NCBI GenBank assembly: GCA_964019335.1
Contig: OZ025738.1
Coordinates: forward strand, 124,001 to 188,000
DNA length: 64,000 nt
Direction: 5' to 3'
Origin: Diplonema japonicum
Lineage: Eukaryota > Protista > Euglenozoa: Diplonemea
How positions within the stretch are numbered: position 1 is the stretch's first letter; every line of letters starts with the position of its first letter. Below the pieces are notes generated by a model that saw only the letters and a program-made list of their open reading frames with translations, ran no database searches and had not been told where the DNA came from. Made by a program: the position numbers and the translations under genes. Positions 59,100 through 64,000 of this stretch are shown here, in pieces.

Positions 59100-59667
59100 C
59101 TAACTGACACACATCCAGTCGAAGCGATTTCACAGGCGAAGTGGTTCCCAACAGTTCTGATAGATGTAAGCGAGGGGTTCCTATGGAGGAATCGACAACC
59201 GATAGTAGACACGCTGGTAAAGCCTTCAAGATCCACCGATGTGAGGGAGGGGTTCGCGCACAGGAACTCGTCGTTGAGCGATGTAAGATTGGCCAGACAG
59301 CCCCCGCCGGCAAATGACACAAGATCGCTGTTTGCAGACATGAAGCAGTTTTTTTTTTTGTGTACACGGGCTTCCATAAAGGCAGAAGGCCCCTATGCTC
59401 TGTGTCTTCCTTAACCCACTGAGATCGACTGTTGCGAGCGAACTGTTCTTGACCAAGAACTCGTCGTCTATCTCAACGAGGTCTCCCAACCCACCAGCAC
59501 CGGTGCTGAACCTTTCGAGAGCAGCACATCAGCAGCACATCCCGCCTTCTTGAGAAACTCGGCCCGAACATCACGAGGGTCATCCTGGTGCGGCTTCTTT
59601 GTCCACCAACATTTCGTGCTGGTCGTCCGATGGTGCCCCGTGAGGCGTCCGCACTGGTCTGATTCAT
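59100..59667 (-). pseudogene. degraded LRR gene
   Basis: IDDEFLVKNSSLATVDLSGL and LNDEFLCANPSLTSVDL fragments in different frames. Confidence 0.7.
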
Positions 59668-59677
59668 TTTCTCTTAA

Positions 59678-60687
59678 CTCATAACACTCCAAGGCGCAAA
59701 TATTTGTCGTTTTGAAAAATCGTTTTTTTCTCTAAGTACTTTTTCGTCCCCACGACCCCTGGATCTCCAAGAACGACTATAGTGAGGAGTTATTTTCAAC
59801 TGCAATTCATGTTGCACTGCATCACTTTACCTTGTTATCCACCCACCAAGTGGGTCCCAAATCCGAGTGGATAGGCGAAAAAACGCAAAATAACGGGTGT
59901 GCAGACTGTGTCCAAAAAACGCAAAGGTAAAGCCAAAACAGCTACGGACGAGGTCCAATCTTCATGGGTAAGGGAGTTGGTACCCATAGAGACCATAAAA
60001 TAGGCCAGTGGGGGGGAAAAAAGCTGTCCCGTGGTACGCAGAAACCTGACGACGCAAAATGATTATTCCTTCGGTTTTTTGATAAGAAGTTCACAGACGT
60101 CATCCAAGAAGAGACAAACAAGCATAAGGACGCTGAGATTGATAAGATTTCGAACCAGGACTCCACCGCTTTCTCGGATTGAGCATTATAATGGGTTTGC
60201 GGCGTGCCTAGAATTAGCAAACGTATTGGTCCACAGGACCCATGAAAATCCCCCTTTTCAGTAACATGAAGCCCAGGAGACGCTACCAGGAAATTAAAGT
60301 AGCCTCCACTTCACTCACACAGAAGAGTCAAATGGTGATGTGTTGTGGAAGACACGAGGGTTTCTGGACAGAATTGGTAACAAGGGCAAAAACAGCAGTC
60401 GTACCACTCTTCCATCACCCCAAAAAGGCTTCTTGACGATTTCGAGGCCGATATTCCACCCGCAAATAGGCACATTTTGACATGGTCGTTTTTGAGCACC
60501 CTACGGCCATTCAACTCTTCATCCCCTTTGTATTTTTATTAATTTTTGAGCTTTTTTTTAAATTTTCCTGGTCCAAAAAACCCGTTTTACCTGCAAACGG
60601 GGGTTAAATGCTGCCATTTTCCCCGTCAAATTATGAAAAGGAGCAAAAAAGGGTCCCCTATGTAGATAGGCCCCGGAGTGTTATGGG
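59678..60687. mobile_element. non-autonomous piggyBac-type element (TTAA TSD, ~13-17-bp TIR)
   Basis: TTAA|CTCATAACACTCC ... GGAGTGTTATGGG|TTAA (TSDs 59674-77 and 60688-91); the flanks rejoin to match the paralog at 23430-23510. Confidence 0.85.
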
Positions 60688-60943
60688 TTAAGTTTATTAT
60701 TTCTTTTTTCGTGTATCAGTCCGCCTACCTTTCTCTTTTCTTCTTCTTTTCTTTGAGGGAAAGTACTGATGGAATAAAGTAGGAAAAAAGAGGAAAGAAA
60801 AAGAAAAGGGGTTGGTCGGGGAAGTGGGGATGGGGAAATGGATAATTGGGTACGAAGCAGTGCATTGTTGCTGATGCAGTTCAAGACTGAAACTCGAGAG
60901 GAAAAGAATGTGAGTAGCTCACCCTAAAGTCTAAAAACAACAA

Positions 60944-61131
<188 letters not shown>

Positions 61132-62150
61132 AGTTAAATACTGTAAAACGAAAAAATCCGGAAGTGATCTTTCCGGCATTCTCCCCGGAATATTTTCTAT
61201 TTTTTTTTTTTGTTACAAATATTTATCTTTCAAAAAATGATTTTATAACTATATGCAACTTGTGCCGAGCAAAAAACTTTCGCAGCTTTTTAAAAACCTT
61301 TTTTGCTCGTGCGAACAACAAAGACATATAGTCATAAAGAATTATTTTCTTTTTTTTCTCCTTTGGTTGCCAGTCCTCGGGATTCTTTTTTTTTTTCTTT
61401 TTTTTTTTTATTGATGCACATGGGGGAATAGGATCGCTTTTCGGGGGGAATTACCTTTTGTTCTCTTTAAATCTTTCCTTTCTTTATCTCCTTTTTCTCT
61501 TTCTTTCTTTTTCTAAACACTAGAAAATGGTGGCGGAATGAAACCTAAAATCAAAAGAAAAATAAAGTAAGAATAGAAATGAAATTCACTATGATAGGAA
61601 CGAAGTGGTTAGCAACGGCCCGCAAATGAAAAGAAATAGGGCTTTGACTGCAACACCAAGTGGCGTTAAGCGTGCAACGACTATGGTACACGTTATTATC
61701 TCTTCCTCACGCTATCGATCTGCTGTTCATTCGCCGGATACTTTTTTTTTTGGTGGTGGGGATAACATGGAAATATAAAGAAGTACATCAGATGTGTTGT
61801 TCGCTGTTGACCTCCACGTCGGTCATCACCGGTAGCGCCCAAGTGGAAGAAGCAGATGCTCTGGGTGGCGAACAGGCAGCAAACTACACGGGCTCAGAAT
61901 CTTGGTTACCCGGGGCGCCCCGGATGGGGTTGAGCTGCACACCGCACGCATTAAGGACACGACGCGGAACGCAGAAGAAGCTACAGCTAGGCCGAGGTGC
62001 GCCCCCTGTAATCAAGTAAATGGTGCTTGTGCAGGGTGCCCCCACCGGCTTCCTTTAAATCATCGAGTTTTCTTTCTTTCTCTTATTCACAACACAAGAA
62101 AAAACAAGAAAACATCTATATCCCGTCACGGGGGGCAAAGATGCTACAAC

Positions 62151-64000
62151 TCATGCTTTACTCTTGTTGCTGTTTTGTGTCACGTCACCGTCGCTGAGAG
62201 CCTTCACATCAGCTTTTCCTTCCGTGATGAGGATGTGTAATGCGTCAGTGTGTTCGTTACTAGCCGCTCTGCTATACGGGGTAGCACCGTTGTTGTCGGC
62301 CATGTTCACATATGCCTTTCCTTCCATGATGAGGATATGTAATGCATCAGCGTGTCCATTCTCAGCCGCCATGAAACATGGGGTAGCACCGTAGTTGTTG
62401 GGCTTGTCCACATCTGCCTTTCCCTCCGTGATGAGGATACGTAATGAGTCAGCTTGTCCATTCTGAGCCGCCTTGAAACACGGGGTAGCACCACAGTTGT
62501 CGCCGATGTCCACATCTGCCTTTCCCTCCGTGATAAGGATACGTAATGCGTCAGCGCGTCCTGATTCAACCGCAATTATACACGGGGTATCACCGTAGCT
62601 GTTGGCCTTGTCCACATCTGCCTTTCCTTCCGTGATGAGGATACGTAATGAGTCAGCGTGTCCATTATGAGCCGCAATGACACACGGGGTAGTACCGTCG
62701 TTATTTGGCTTATTCACATCTGCCTTTCCCTCAGTGATAAGGATACGTAATGCGTCAACGCATCCATTCAGAACCGCCAAGAAACACGGGGTAGCACCGT
62801 TGTTGTCGGCCTTGTTCACATCTGCCTTTCCTTCCGTGATGAGGATACGTAATGAGTCAGTGTATCCATTCCGAGCCGCCATGATACACGGGGTAGTACC
62901 GTCGTTGTTGGCCTTGTTCACATCTGCCTTTCCCTCCGTGATGAGGATATGTAATGCGTCAGCGCGTCCTTCTTTAACCGCAATTATACACAGGGTATCA
63001 CCGTTGCTGTTGGCCTTGTTCACATCAGCCTTTCCTTCCGTGATGAGGATACGTAATGAGTCAACGTGTCCATTTTGAGCCGCTATGATACACGGGGTAT
63101 AACCATTGTTGCCGGCCTTGTCCACGTCTGCCTTTCCTTCCGTGATAAGGATACGTAATGCGTCAACGTATCCATTCTGAACCGCCACGAAACACGGGGT
63201 ATTACCGTAGTTGTCTGCCTTGTCCACATCTGCCTTTCCTTCCGTGATGAGGATACGTAATGAGTCAGCGTGTCCATTATGAGCCGCAATGACACACGGG
63301 GTAGTACCGTCGTTATTTGGATTATTCACATCTGCCTTTCCCTCAGTGATAAGGATACGTAATGCGTCAACGCATCCATTCAGAACCGCCAAGAAACACG
63401 GGGTAGCACCGTTGTTGTCGGCCTTGTCCACATCTGCCTTTCCTTCCGTGATGAGGATACGTAACGAGTCAGTGTATCCATTCCGAGCCGCCATGATACA
63501 CGGGGTAGTACCGTCGTTGTTGGCCTTGTTCACATCTGCCTTTCCCTCCGTGATGAGGATATGTAATGCGTCAGCGCGTCCTTCTTTAACCGCAATTATA
63601 CACAGGGTATCACCGTTGCTGTTGGCCTTGTTCACATCAGCCTTTCCTTCAGTGATGAGGATACGAAATGCGTCAACGTATCCATTCTGAGACGCGATGG
63701 AACATGGGGTATAATCGAATTTGTTGGCTTTGTCTACATCTGCCTTTCCTTCCGTGATGAGGATTCGTAATGCGTCAGCGCGTCCTTCTTGAGCCGCCAT
63801 GATACACGGGGTAGCACCGTTGTTGTTGGCCTTGTTCACATCTGCCTTTCCTTCCGTGATGAGGATACGTAATGAGTCAACGTATCCATTTTGAGCCGCC
63901 TTGAAACACGGGGTATAACCATTGTTGTCGGCCTTGTTCACATCTGCCTTTCCTTCGGTGACGAGGATACGTAATGCGTCAGCGCGTCCCGCATTCTCTC
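62151..64000 (-). CDS. ankyrin-repeat protein C-terminal part (34-aa ITEGKADVN repeats), 5' end outside the window
   Basis: Open to the window end; contains a 612-bp (6-unit) internal duplication. Confidence 0.9.
   Translation of the reverse strand, partial: ENAGRADALRILVTEGKADVNKADNNGYTPCFKAAQNGYVDSLRILITEGKADVNKANNNGATPCIMAAQEGRADALRILITEGKADVDKANKFDYTPCSIASQNGYVDAFRILITEGKADVNKANSNGDTLCIIAVKEGRADALHILITEGKADVNKANNDGTTPCIMAARNGYTDSLRILITEGKADVDKADNNGATPCFLAVLNGCVDALRILITEGKADVNNPNNDGTTPCVIAAHNGHADSLRILITEGKADVDKADNYGNTPCFVAVQNGYVDALRILITEGKADVDKAGNNGYTPCIIAAQNGHVDSLRILITEGKADVNKANSNGDTLCIIAVKEGRADALHILITEGKADVNKANNDGTTPCIMAARNGYTDSLRILITEGKADVNKADNNGATPCFLAVLNGCVDALRILITEGKADVNKPNNDGTTPCVIAAHNGHADSLRILITEGKADVDKANSYGDTPCIIAVESGRADALRILITEGKADVDIGDNCGATPCFKAAQNGQADSLRILITEGKADVDKPNNYGATPCFMAAENGHADALHILIMEGKAYVNMADNNGATPYSRAASNEHTDALHILITEGKADVKALSDGDVTQNSNKSKA

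Overview
Eukaryotic nuclear DNA, most likely a diplonemid or other euglenozoan. The strongest evidence is a 38-nt spliced-leader (SL) exon, ACCAACGATTCTAAAGCTACAGTTTCTGTACTTTATTG, at 35480-35517 (-). Every credible gene and retroelement lies on the minus strand, and genes are nearly intronless and separated by T-rich tracts. The region is accessory and repeat-rich. Genes: ubiquitin-like (Ubl)+LRR, Ubl+ankyrin, Rab-GTPase+ankyrin, ADP-ribosyltransferase+ankyrin, a 7-copy PLAC8 array, an N-formylglutamate amidohydrolase-like gene and an I78 protease inhibitor. Mobile elements: several APE-type LINE families, an Ingi-like RNase H fragment, a VIPER/DIRS-like tyrosine-recombinase element, a TTAA piggyBac-type MITE and palindromic MITE-like repeats. 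The most notable system is a full-length LINE (28956-35517). It starts exactly with the SL, its ORF1 begins with a catalytically dead OTU-like domain, and ORF1 joins ORF2 in frame across a single TGA followed by a 2A-like GVEPHPGP just before the endonuclease. A related LINE lineage carries a covarying, pseudoknot-like 3' UTR RNA structure. All calls come from motif recognition by eye; no database searches were run.
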